From positions 27,094,001-27,158,000 of the forward strand of contig OZ076418.1 in assembly GCA_964187785.1 (NCBI GenBank): a DNA stretch of 64,000 nt. The letters run 5' to 3'. Positions 49,701-59,900 of this stretch are shown here, piece after piece. Each line of letters starts with the position of its first letter. Within the stretch, counting starts at the first letter, position 1. A program made the position numbers and the translations under genes. The notes beneath the pieces are model-generated. The model saw nothing but the letters and a program-made list of their open reading frames with translations. It was not told the origin of the DNA and did not search any database. This stretch comes from Amphiscolops sp. MND2022 (taxonomy: Eukaryota).

Positions 49701-52700
49701 TTCATGAATACATCCTGGGCATATTTAGAAAACTCTGAGCTTTTTGAGCCTTAGATATAGCGCCGACTTTAGACGTTCCCGTCTTGTTGTTAAATTCAAT
49801 AATACAAAAATGTGGGTACTTCCAGGGGTTCGTACCCTCGACTTTGTTGAAAACGTCGTCTTTTGTGCCTGAATTTACATTAAGTAGAAATTCTGCTAAT
49901 ACTATGTTGGTCTTTACGAAAGTTTTGAAAAAGGACTAAAAACAACCACCATTTCCGGTTTATATTTCGCTACAATTGTTGAATAAACATGCAAAAATGG
50001 TTTGTTTCAAGAGCCCGGACGTGGAAGAAAGAGTGTTGGCCGTGCAGTGTGCTGGCAAGATGTTTGGCCACGAAGACATCACCTTCATCATCAATCTCTG
50101 GCCCAAGTTCGTGTCTCGTGCTCGTGACGTCAGCGCCAAAGTCAGAATCGTCTTCCTCGAATCAGTGCCAGACATCATGACTCATCATCAGGAATGTTGA
50201 AAAAGTTGATCATGTGAAAAACAGTGGAACTTTCTTTTTTCCGAAACTTTTAATGTACTTGTTTTTTCAACGCGTTTCTTGTAGTTTTTCGCACAGTTCA
50301 AGGCTTTTTTTGTAAAACAAGAAATCGCACAATCAGCTTGGGGACACCCCGAGGGCTTTTGTCAAAACGTGTTAAACGAAGTCAAATTCTGTTCTCTTTG
50401 CTGAGAATATGGCAATAGAAAACAATTCCGCGTCGTTAAACTATCAAACCTGAATTTGACATCCATATCTTCAAACTGTAAAAATCATTTTCGGACTAAA
50501 ATTCTTGAAGTGTGAAATATAATTTCAACATCGCCGGTCTTAACCAGGAGCAACTGGGTTTCGACATCCGAGCCAGTGTGTTCAGCCTGTCACGTGACTT
50601 GGATGAGAAGGTTCGGTCCAAAGTTGTTTCAGTGATAGACCAGTTGAGTCACAAGTGCTTCTCTTCCGTTGACGAGGAGATTCTGGAAGCTATCAAAGGG
50701 AGAATGAGAGATACAAGTGTTAGTTTGTTTTGACTGTTTAGAAGTCGGAAAAAAATTTCGACTACTTATGCGCTCGTGCCTTTTTTCTCTCGCCCTTTCA
50801 ACTAAATTTTCAAATTTCTCAAAAACTCCGAGATTTTTATAAAATTTAGCACCGTCATTCTCACTGGGATCTGAGAAACAGCCACAATTAGTCCAAGAAT
50901 GACCAAATGATAAAGTACGTAATTTGTTTTTCAATATTCTAATTCGTTTCCGACTCCTTTACCGCACATGCGGCTCTGGTTGTTTTATTATCAGTTACAA
51001 CTCGTAAAAACTGGCGAGGTGTTGCAAAAATGCACATTTCCATTGGTGTTAAATTGAGCAAGTTTCAGTGGGCAGTGAGAAGCGCAGCAATGAAGTGTGC
51101 AGCCACCATGTATAACATGCACTGCAACAAAGACTCATTTGAGTTGGGTTCCAAACTCTGGTCCAAAAGTGCCGCTTTCGTCAAACTGTCTTGGGTTCCA
51201 GACCGGGTCCTCCAAAACTACGTCTCCACCACAGGGGACGAGAAACTTCTGGTGGAAAAACTTCTCTGTACAAAACTCATCACTTGTGCTTCAGATCCAA
51301 ACCCGGGTTAGACTTTTCTACTCGTCACTGTTTCTTTGGTCAGAATGGTAATTAGTCCACGGTACTGCAATGAAGAAATCATCCTCTAGACAAATTTTAG
51401 ACTTTGAAGTCTCGGAGCGAGTTGAAAGTTCGAAAAACATCCGATGTAGAAATTTGAAACTTCATCTTATTTACTAATTTTTTATTTTCGAAAATTCTAT
51501 GGCGAAATTGAACACAGACGTTTTTAAGTTGTCCCCTTTTACATCGGTTCATATACAATTTTTTCGGAAGTTTTTTGAGTCATCTCTGTCCACTAAAGCC
51601 ATCTTAATTCTGAGCTGTTATCTGCGTGTGCTGAAATATTATACAAGTCAGCCGCGCTTTTCCAGGCTTCTATCGACCAATTTTCGTTGCCAATTATGAT
51701 AGCAGCGAGGCTTCGCCATGCTTTTCAAATACCGGTTGTACTCATAGCTGAAGCTTCATTGAAAAAACTTCTACTCACTGTTACTGATAGCGTTTTCAAT
51801 AGTGGCTCACTGTTACTAGATTGTCGATAAGGCAAATTTTTGTTTTATGTTTTTTGTGTTTCGTACTTTTTTATTGATTATGAAAAAATCGCTGTCCTCA
51901 TTTGAGGACAAAATCACTGTCGAGGCAAATGTTTATATCTTCGTGGCTATTTGCGATGCAGATGATGTATATCCTGAGTTTATTTGTTAAACCAGTATTA
52001 TTCGCAAGCCTCGTCCTAAGCACCTTAGCGCCTATGTTTTATTATTGAACTTTGAAGTTAATGGTTGTTGTGGCCTGAAGCACAAATTTTTCTGAGTTGA
52101 GCGTCACCCGTTTTTTGAATTCAGACAGAAGAATGCGCTGTAACAACGTCAAGTAAAAACTGACTATACATCTGTTGTGTTCGTTCTACTCTCAGGATGC
52201 TCCAGTTGAAATCGAAAGCGTGAACAAGTTTTTCATTTGGCTGATAACTGCGCTCAGCTCGAAAGAGCGAGTTTTTAATCACTCTGCTGTACTCCGATAG
52301 AGAGGATTTTGGGAATAGACTATTTGGCAATGTTTGGTTCTTGTTTGTTTCAGAATCCGATTCAAATTCCGAAACAGAATCAAAAATATCAACTTCAAAG
52401 CTCATACACGTTTTCTGTCAGATCGAAGACAACAGTGTAAGAATCATGCAAGAAATATTCAAGACAGGGGTCCTTTCTCAGAAGTACAGTTTTGGTGCAC
52501 AAGACGTGAAGACGTTGATTGAGAATGTGGTTACGTTTGTTAAAAGACCCACAGAGAGTTCTTTGAACAACAATTTGTATTCATTTGACAAGGTTGTCAA
52601 TTCAGACGAATCAGATGTAGAATCATCGAATGAGGATTCAAACAACCCCCAGTTGGCTTTCTTGAGTGGTACGCAAAGTGAAAAAGTTCGGGCTGTGGTG

Positions 52701-55700
52701 TTGATAGAAACCGTGGCTTTTTGTTACCCCAAACTTTTCAACAGCAAATCCCATTTTGAAGCTCTGTTCAAGCTACTAAATGCTTCGGTAATATCAGAAA
52801 ACCTTCGTCTTATTGTTCTTAAAGTATTCGCAGCCGTATCGAAAAATGAGCCTTTCACTGAAATTTCAGAAGACTTGTCAAACAAATGTGAACGTATATG
52901 TTTAAAAACTGACAACTCGAAAGTCGGAAAATATTGTGCCATTTTACTCAATATTATCTGGAAGGAAAGAGATGAACATAAACCATTGTTTGCGAGTTTA
53001 TTCAAAAAACTTACATCTGATCTTGACCCGAAGAACTCAAGAAATTTATTGGGCGCTCTAGGGACTTTGGCCCAAATCGGCTTCATAGCAGCCTGTGATC
53101 TCTACAAGGAGTTCCAAAATTTTGTTTATGACTTTGTGTTCAAACTTCTCGCTTTCCGCGAAGAAAACAACCACGACGAATTACTACCTTCAAGCTTGAA
53201 AGATGTGGAGAAAGAAGAGTTTAAAAGTAGCTGTAGAATAATTTTAGCCAAAGTTGCCGCTTTAAAACTGGTCAACCGTTGGCTTCTGGGTTTGAATGGA
53301 GTTAGCGCCAAAGTGACTGAGTCTAAATTCAAAATGCTCCGTTCAATCATAGCCAACAATGGTGACGTAGCTTATGATGACGATGTCGAAATATCGGAAC
53401 TCGAAAAAAGCATGATGAAGCTAACTTCGTTTAAAATGATGTTGAAACTTAACTATGTGCCTTCGTACCGCAACTTGATGACCGAAGAACAGTTTCACAC
53501 CATGGCTTCGGTTATTCTGGATCCAAATAAGGAAATACGAGAACGGGTAGCTGCCAAATTGGAGAAGAATTTATCTCACAATCGAGTGCCTCTGAAGTTT
53601 TTAGCCATTTTGTCCTTCTCTGCTCGAGATCCCGATGAGTCCCTGAGATTGAAACATCAAGGCTTCATCAAAAAAATTGTACAAAAATGGAGACAGTTGT
53701 TGAAGGAAAAGCTAAAAGCAACCCCTGATAAATCAAATGCAGCTGTTGCGTCGAAGTTTTGGGAACTGAATGCCGACAATGTTATGCCTTACGTCATTCA
53801 CTTGCTAGCCCATTTCCACGAGTTTGACTCAATTGAAAATCTGAGGATTCTGCAAGCTCTCAAAGAGTGTTTATGGTACGTTATGGAAGTTTTGATGTCG
53901 GACAGTGAACACTTTCTGTACACGTATCATAAGTGCATTTTGGATGCTTTGAAACGGAGTAAAGACGCTCTTGACCCTGATAATGAAGAAGCCACCCATA
54001 AGTTATATGCTGTATGTGACCTTGCTCTGACCTTGTTAAACTCAAGGGTCAAAGTGTTTGACACGACGCCCGTGAACGAGGTCAAGCTGATTTTGCCCCT
54101 TAAGCTTTTCGTGCAGCCCGACCTATCAAAGGGACCGAACAACAAGGTGTATATTGATGCCAGTCTTCTGGAGAAACCGAAAACTATGATTGATTCGTCA
54201 GGAAGCAGGAAGAACAAGAGGAAAGACAATCAGGTATCCTTGAAAGAAGTGGTTAGTTAGTCAGAATTGGGTCTATTGTAACGGCTCTCATGTTCCTCAA
54301 TAAGCTTTAAAAAGAGCTCACAAATTGAGTTTTGAAACCAAGAAGCGAACCACTGTGAATCATTTTAGCTCAATAGTGAATTAACCCTAAATGGACCAGG
54401 AAATTTCCTGATCCGTCTAAAAATCTTGTGCCTAAACTTTAACCCGCATTATCTTCTAAAATATTCGAGTCCGAAAAACGATTCACAGCTCGTTGGAAAC
54501 AAGACAATCAGGGCTTTCAATTTGATTTCTGAACTGCTGAGCTGGTGGCATGCTTCTTGGCGTGGAAGCTTTCTTGTGCAAAGTCTTCCGCTTTTGTGCG
54601 GCTTTGCCGCACTGACTCCGGACTTGAGCAAAACCTTGCACTCCTCGTTTCTCTAATCGCAATTCAGTATGTTTCAAAACATGCTAAGGTCGTTGCGACC
54701 CAATCTTGTACACGAGTTTTTGTTTCCATACGTTCAGCTAATGCCTTCAGAAGTTTGTCGAAGCTAACTTGTACGAAATCGTACCATGGTCAATTTAGGG
54801 TTGAATCTTCATTTGAGCATGCTTTATTATTTTCCGCCCCCACAAATTCATTTGTGAATCTGGGAGGAAAATCATAATCTGTGTTGCGTTTTTTTATTCC
54901 CGCCCCCACATATTTGTGAATGGGGGAGGAATATTCATAATCTGTGTTTTTTAAACCAATTCTGCCAAATCTCCATCCACTTCAGCTAGTGCCTAATTTA
55001 ATTACTTTGGCTTAGTTGGTAGTGCGCTTGTCTGGCAGACACCAGGTCGTGGGTTCGAACCCGTGCTGTTGCGTTATATTTTTAGCGGAAAATATCCCGG
55101 TGCTTATCGGGCGTCTTGTTGAGGATATGCTATGAGAATAGGTAGTTTAATGTCATATTTGTATGAAATTTTCAGCAATGTAACACTACGCGGATCTGAG
55201 TGTAATAATTTACTTTCGGGGACATTTTTCTCGTGGTTGGTTTTTTAGTTCCAAAAATCTAGATTTCTCTTCTAAATGATCGTATATGTTTCAGACGAAT
55301 AAACTGACAAAAGCGAAGAAAGCCAAAATATCTGCTCCCAAATCCCAGTCTAAAATCAGCGACCATGTTGTCACATCCTTTTCATCGGCGTCGAAAAAGC
55401 GCAGATTCGTGGAACCAGATGACAATGATGACACCTCAGCCAGTTTTTCACCTTCCATTCGCCGTGATTCCCCGGATCTGAAACCACAGAAAACATATCC
55501 GTCCAGACGGAGCTCGGCTGCCGCAACTGCAAAGATAAGCATGCAGCAAAAAAGTCAAGTCGAAGATGACGAGGAAGATGAAGGTGAAAACGACGGAGAT
55601 TCAAGTGACGATGAAAACAGATTCGTCATTACCAGAAAAGCTGAAGATGTCGTGTTAGATAGTGATTGTTCTCTCAGCCTAGGTTCACCTAAACTCTCCT

Positions 55701-56923
55701 CAACTGGGAAGAACGAAAGTCCGTATATTCCCTTAAAAAAGACAAACATCGTAAGTAATACGCCCTTAGCCCAATTATCTTCCAAAAAAGGAAGTGATTC
55801 CGGTAATCAAGGTTCTATTTCGTCATTGGCAACCGCGGTGGTGGAATCCAGTAAAGCTAAAAAACGACTGGTTATGAAGTCTCCCGTGCTCAAAGTAAAC
55901 CAAATCAGCCAGAAAAGTTCTGTCTTGACGAAAATACCAAGTAATGTAACTTCCGGGCAAGAAAATACAGTTGTGCAGTCAAATTCGCCGAAACTATCCA
56001 AGCCTATTGAACTTTCCAGCAGCCACAGTCCCAGTGTTTCCACGCCCAGAAAATGGAACCTTAGAACATCTGGAGTTGCTCCTGAAGTAGCTGAAAATTG
56101 TTACCTGGTAGAAAGATCCCGTGCAACGTCTTCCAATACCAAGCAAACTACTCTAAATGTTGCAAACCAACGTCGGATTCAGAACAGCAAAGAACCACAA
56201 CCTCTGAGCAAGTCTGAAACCACAGGTGCCAAAAGATCAGTTGTGAGAATTAGTAGTTCTGGGTCTTCTCGTCTTTCAGCTGGACAGTTCAATGAAAAAT
56301 TTCAAATTTTAATGCGGCGAACAGATGCACCTGAATCGGACAAGAAGAAAGATTCTCAGTCTCAAGCTAAAAGTCTTACTCCTCGCAGACCAATGAGAAA
56401 TGCCAAAAACTCGGAAGTTGTCGAGAATGATTGCATTGTTTTGTCTAGTGCCAGTAGTACCGGGAGCTCATTTGGAATGAAGAAAAACAACAAAAAACCT
56501 GTCAAGGGCAAGAAGCGGATTTCCGAGACTGAAACTATTTCGGAAACAAGTTCCAAATCTGCAACGAACACAAGCCAGAGATCCACCAGATCAAGACCTG
56601 GAACTGCTTCTGAAGACAGCGAAAGAGGCAGTGCTAAAGATGAGGCATCTGATCGAAGCTCAGTGCGAAGTGTTAAAGCCGACCCGACGAGGTCAAAGGT
56701 CGCGGTCGCCTCAAGAAAAGCACCTCCAAGTTCCAAAACAGTTTCCGGAAATGCAAGGGATGAAGTAAACGTTACTCCTAAGAGAGAAAAGTTGACAAGA
56801 GGTCGTCATGCGAAGATTTTAGACACCCCCAGTTTGCATTCTTCACCCTCAGTTCGCTCCACCAATTCTACAGGAGGTACCCCTTGTTCAAGAACACGGA
56901 GCAGAATCACAGGTGTCAAATGA
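31666..56923 (+). CDS. PDS5: PDS5 (cohesin-associated HEAT-repeat protein), about 12 coding exons
   Basis: In-phase exons 31666-31749, 32363-32554, 41008-41094, 41173-41279, 43697-43904, 45055-45237, 50012-50191, 50548-50718, 51069-51306, unresolved ~52125-52353, 52354-54233, 55295-56923. Motifs YPSGC, KDVKVLVACCLAD, RYFYLLE, SVLPQLEIRLK, MPYVIHLLAH, KLYAVCDLA match PDS5. Confidence 0.9.
32363..32554 (+). CDS. PDS5: PDS5 exon 2
   Basis: LASHLLQSAFIRHNAKDVKVLVACCLADVLRLSAP; AG/GT boundaries. Confidence 0.9.
32591..33399 (+). mobile_element. Helentron/DINE-like family A copy with 173-bp units
   Basis: Same subTIRs and ACCGCACATGCGGCTCTGGT 3' hairpin as 7337-8151. Confidence 0.7.
33780..36010 (+). 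mobile_element. 5'-truncated CRE-like non-LTR retrotransposon (RT, CCHC, restriction-like endonuclease); two in-frame stops
   Basis: RPIGVG, LIDAKNAFNS, TTQGDPL, WYADD; CPCGEPFTVAHSLHC; RHDEIRD..RLDI..FDV. One reading frame with TAA at 34915-17 and 35146-48. Confidence 0.85.
34138..40074 (+). repeat. 2966-bp tandem duplication (34138-37103, 37104-40069)
   Basis: GAACA at 34138, 37104 and 40070; copies near-identical, two substitutions spotted by eye. Confidence 0.92.
37104..38976 (+). mobile_element. Second, more truncated copy of the CRE-like element created by the duplication
   Basis: ORFs 37290-37883 and 38334-38906 translate identically to the first copy. Confidence 0.85.
41008..41279 (+). 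CDS. PDS5: PDS5 exons 3 (41008-41094) and 4 (41173-41279)
   Basis: ELFSFFTRVLRSIEDVNNSNYKRYFYLLE and CLGSSNSFL...MFFHVV; canonical splice sites; phases fit exon 5. Confidence 0.88.
41499..41663. mobile_element. pogo/Tigger-type MITE
   Basis: CAGTGGAG.. / ..TTCCACTG imperfect TIRs with inner ATGGGACGC / GCGTCCCAT; TA on the left only. Confidence 0.45.
41733..43447 (-). mobile_element. hAT DNA transposon with decayed transposase
   Basis: TIRs CAGGGAT(T/A)GGGAA; perfect 8-bp TSD GGTCTAAA (41725-32, 43448-55); GCASHRLNLAL and TRWSSTLAML motifs in 42257-42718. Confidence 0.92.
43697..43904 (+). CDS. PDS5: PDS5 exon 5
   Basis: EEHAGKVRSLMLDVM...AYSLASELLR; AG / GTTAGT. Confidence 0.9.
45055..45237 (+). 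CDS. PDS5: PDS5 exon 6
   Basis: FFNEVF...ILSVLPQLEIRLK; TAG / GTATTA. Confidence 0.9.
45558..48490 (-). mobile_element. RTE-like non-LTR retrotransposon (APE endonuclease and RT), frameshifted, nested in a Helentron-like repeat
   Basis: ATWNVRTL, IQETR, DFNAK, DSDHRMV (APE); NYRGINL, QAGFKKG, FIDFKAAF, GVRQG, FAHD in place of YADD (RT). Confidence 0.88.
48499..48590. repeat. 18-bp tandem repeat x5 (TTTCCCTGGCGGA core)
   Basis: Visible directly; translates as SARETN repeats on the minus strand. Confidence 0.9.
49155..49792 (-). mobile_element. Helentron/DINE-like family B copy; others at ~36668-37015, ~39634-39981, 45485-48945 (split by the RTE) and ~59680-60140
   Basis: Subterminal inverted AGTCGGCGC / GCGCCGACT, CAAG(A/C)CG start, internal AAGGGTCCCCCC repeats, T-rich insertion sites. 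Confidence 0.6.
50012..51306 (+). CDS. PDS5: PDS5 exons 7 (50012-50191), 8 (50548-50718) and 9 (51069-51306)
   Basis: SPDVEERVLAV..KMFG, SRDLDEKVRSKVV, GRMRD, WAVRSAAM..SWVPDRVLQNY..KLLVEK. Exon 7 has no GT donor (see findings). Confidence 0.85.
50740..50980 (+). mobile_element. Short family A Helentron-like copy without tandem units
   Basis: Same ends and 3' hairpin as 7337-8151. Confidence 0.65.
52354..54233 (+). CDS. PDS5: PDS5 large HEAT-repeat exon
   Basis: Long ORF with ALGTLAQI, LAKVAALKLVNRWLLG, VRERVAAKL-like, MPYVIHLLAH, ECLWYVME, KLYAVCDLA; donor CAG|GTATCC. Confidence 0.92.
55008..55065 (+). other. tRNA-derived segment with Pol III A and B boxes inside a Helentron-like repeat
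   Basis: TGGCTTAGTTGG (A box, 55008) and GGTTCGAACCC (B box, 55052); acceptor and T stems not intact. Confidence 0.6.
55295..56923 (+). CDS. PDS5: PDS5 terminal exon, S/K/R-rich disordered tail
   Basis: TTTCAG acceptor in phase with the previous exon; 542-codon open frame; AATAAA at 57133 and 57196. Confidence 0.8.
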   Translation, partial: TNKLTKAKKAKISAPKSQSKISDHVVTSFSSASKKRRFVEPDDNDDTSASFSPSIRRDSPDLKPQKTYPSRRSSAAATAKISMQQKSQVEDDEEDEGENDGDSSDDENRFVITRKAEDVVLDSDCSLSLGSPKLSSTGKNESPYIPLKKTNIVSNTPLAQLSSKKGSDSGNQGSISSLATAVVESSKAKKRLVMKSPVLKVNQISQKSSVLTKIPSNVTSGQENTVVQSNSPKLSKPIELSSSHSPSVSTPRKWNLRTSGVAPEVAENCYLVERSRATSSNTKQTTLNVANQRRIQNSKEPQPLSKSETTGAKRSVVRISSSGSSRLSAGQFNEKFQILMRRTDAPESDKKKDSQSQAKSLTPRRPMRNAKNSEVVENDCIVLSSASSTGSSFGMKKNNKKPVKGKKRISETETISETSSKSATNTSQRSTRSRPGTASEDSERGSAKDEASDRSSVRSVKADPTRSKVAVASRKAPPSSKTVSGNARDEVNVTPKREKLTRGRHAKILDTPSLHSSPSVRSTNSTGGTPCSRTRSRITGVK

Positions 56924-59900
56924 AATGAAATGAAATGAGTAGCAACTGTCAAAAATGAAAAACTGTCATCCAATATTTTTGCTTCATTTAAAACTCGTCA
57001 TTATCTGAGAAGATCAAACGTATCTGACTCTTTATGCTGTTTTTCCCGTGTTGTCATAATATCAATCGAGTGATTGTGCTGAAAAAGTGCCGCAAATGAA
57101 ATTTGTTTTGAGCTTCTCCAATTCCGAATCTTAATAAATGATTTGAAATTTGTTAGTGTATTTTGTTGTCCATAGTTATCGTTTGTTACTCATTCAATAA
57201 AGACTTCAAATCATATCTACTTTTCAAATTTAAGAGCTTCCTCCATATACTACAATCAATACCTGTGAGTGGGTAGAATCGCTGGTATAACAAGACGCCC
57301 GCTGACCAGCGGGATATTTTCCTCCAATCTGTTCTAGCAATGACATATTTTTGAGGCTCAAGAGTAGCCGTTGCACTATTTTATAAAACATGGAAGTTTG
57401 ATGAAAAAAGTTCTGACACTTTGAAAAATGTCATCCCATTTCAGTAGGAAACATTTCAAGAACACACTAACCACCTATTTGTTTTTTGTCTGCTTGTACG
57501 GATACCAACTATTTTTATTTTAATAGTAACCTAACCAACTATTTTTATTTATAATTTTGCGCGAAGTCGCCAAAAACATCAACATTTGGAACCTTTGCTT
57601 TTTCGACAACTTTGCAGTCATTTGATGAACTTTTCTAAGGAATTGCATATGCCTTTTAAAAATTGCCCATTTGATACCGGATCGAGTCGATCTTGAATTA
57701 CAAAATTGCTCGAAAGGTTGACAACGAATTATATGAACACTTCAAAAAAATTCGTCATTCTGACGAACGTTTTACAAAGTTGTAAATTTCTTTTCTTAAA
57801 CATTCTGCATGCCTTATTCAAAAATACAGAGTTTTCGAATACTACGAAATTTTGGTAACTTATATAAAAAAATTCCCTCATTTGTCGAACTGCCAAAAAG
57901 TTTTTTTCGACTATTTTGGGGTCATTTTGAGGCTCTTTTGGAACATATAACAGCAATTGATTTTCAAAAATTCTACTGTTTAGGGTTTGCTTGCTGTTAA
58001 CGGTTTTCATTCTTCTGATTCCCGAAAATTTTGGTAAAAAATGGTTAAAAACGTCAAAAATTTTGAAAACTTTTTGGTTGTTCTGGGGTCATTCTGACGC
58101 TCTTTTCGAACATGAAACTGCAATTGATTTTCAAAAGGTCTACTATTTTTATCGTTTGTTTGCTGTTGAGTGTTTTCATTCTTGTACAAATTCGGCGAAA
58201 TTTCCAAGAAAATTCAATTTTCGAAAAAGTTTTGGACTTTCGACTCATTTTGGTCATTGTGAGATAATATTCTACTTAGAAAACTACATGCAAAGTTTTC
58301 TTTCAAAAGGCATACTGCATAGCTTGGTAAATAGTCTGGGGCTTTGGGACCATCTAGGTCACGAAAAATTTCTGAAATTGTCAAAAAAATTTTCGATAAT
58401 TTATACATTTTTCGGTTCAAATTGACTTTTTTGATACACAAATCTGCAAATACCTCCCATAAAATTAAACTGGATATCAACTGCAAATGTTGTTGAAGCA
58501 TTCTATTATTTTAACACTCGAAACGTTTCGAAAGATTCACAGACTTTGCACAGAACCTTTCAATTCAATTTTTCTACTTTATGACTCACTTGTGTCGTTT
58601 TGAAGTAGTTTTGATGCGAAACAAGGTAATTTTCTCACCAAAGAAGGACACTACGTACCTGTTTATTTCGCCTTTGATTGTTTTTAACCTAACTCATAAA
58701 AAATCTAACATTGTACTCAAATAACGAAGCTAAAGAAACTGAAATTTTTTGGACATTTCGACAATTTTCGTGTCAAAATAAAGCACGTTTTTATCAGAAA
58801 CCGGCATTTATCCCTTCAAAAAGCCTGCTGGACAACGCATTCAGTTGTTGTTGCACAGTTTCAGAGTTCCTTTTCAATTACTAAAATTGCGTTGGAAAAT
58901 CATAAATTGTAGAAAAAAGGATTTCGACTATTTTGGGGTCATTGTGGCAATATTTTTCTTTCAAAACTGCATATAACAACCCTTTTGGACTACGAACTCA
59001 TTCGTTGTTGGTTGAACGTTTTCAGCGTTCTGATCCATGAAATATCTTGAAAATTTGACGAAAATTGCAAAAACCGTTAAAAATGTTACATATTGGTCGA
59101 AATTTGAGCTTTTTCTTTGGGAAACTGTTTATTTCTTAACAAAAACCTCCCGGACAATGAATTCTTTCCTTGTTGAACGTCTTTAACATTCTAAGCGACC
59201 AAGTTTCTCGAAAAATAGACAAAAACTGCATGACAACTTTTAAAAATCTGATTTTTCAAAAGTTTTATCTATTTCGGTCTGAATTCGAGGCATTTTCTCA
59301 AAACCAATTGCCATTATCTCTTCGAAGAAGCCTTGTGGGCAATGAATTTTTTCCTTTTTGATTTTTTTTAAACTTTCTAAGCTAGCAAGTTTGTCACATA
59401 TTTCACAAAAATTGCATGAAAACGTTAAAAATGTGAACTTTTTGGAATTTCTTTCAATTTCGCTCTCAATTTGAGGCCATTTTTCATTTGAAAATTGCCA
59501 TTATTTCTTCGGAAAAGCCTCTTGAATAACAAAATTTGTCAGTTGTGAACGTTTTCAACATTCTAAGCCACGACATCTATCGAAAATTTGACAAAAACTG
59601 CATAAAACATAGAAATCATTTTAACATAATCAAAAAATTTTGGACTTTTTGTGATGTTTGGGTCATTCGCGGTCTTTTTAGTCGGCGCTTCATGAAGTGA
59701 AACGCGACTATTATAGTGACTCTTTTTTCTATCCACACGAACTGACCAAAATAGTTCTTAAAAGTTCTACCAAGTATTGTGTCAAATTGCAACATTTGGC
59801 CTAGCGAACTGGACTAAAAAGTTTTCCCTGTTTTTCCGCGTAACTTACCATACCGGGCAACACCAAAGGGTCCCCCCTTTCAATTTTTTTCGGCACTGCG

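Noticed and set aside
55008-55070. Functional tRNA gene
   Set aside because: A and B boxes are present but acceptor and T stems do not pair; embedded in a dispersed repeat.
57400-59680. Many F/K-rich ORFs
   Set aside because: Degenerate AT-rich repeat sequence; translations lack protein-like composition.
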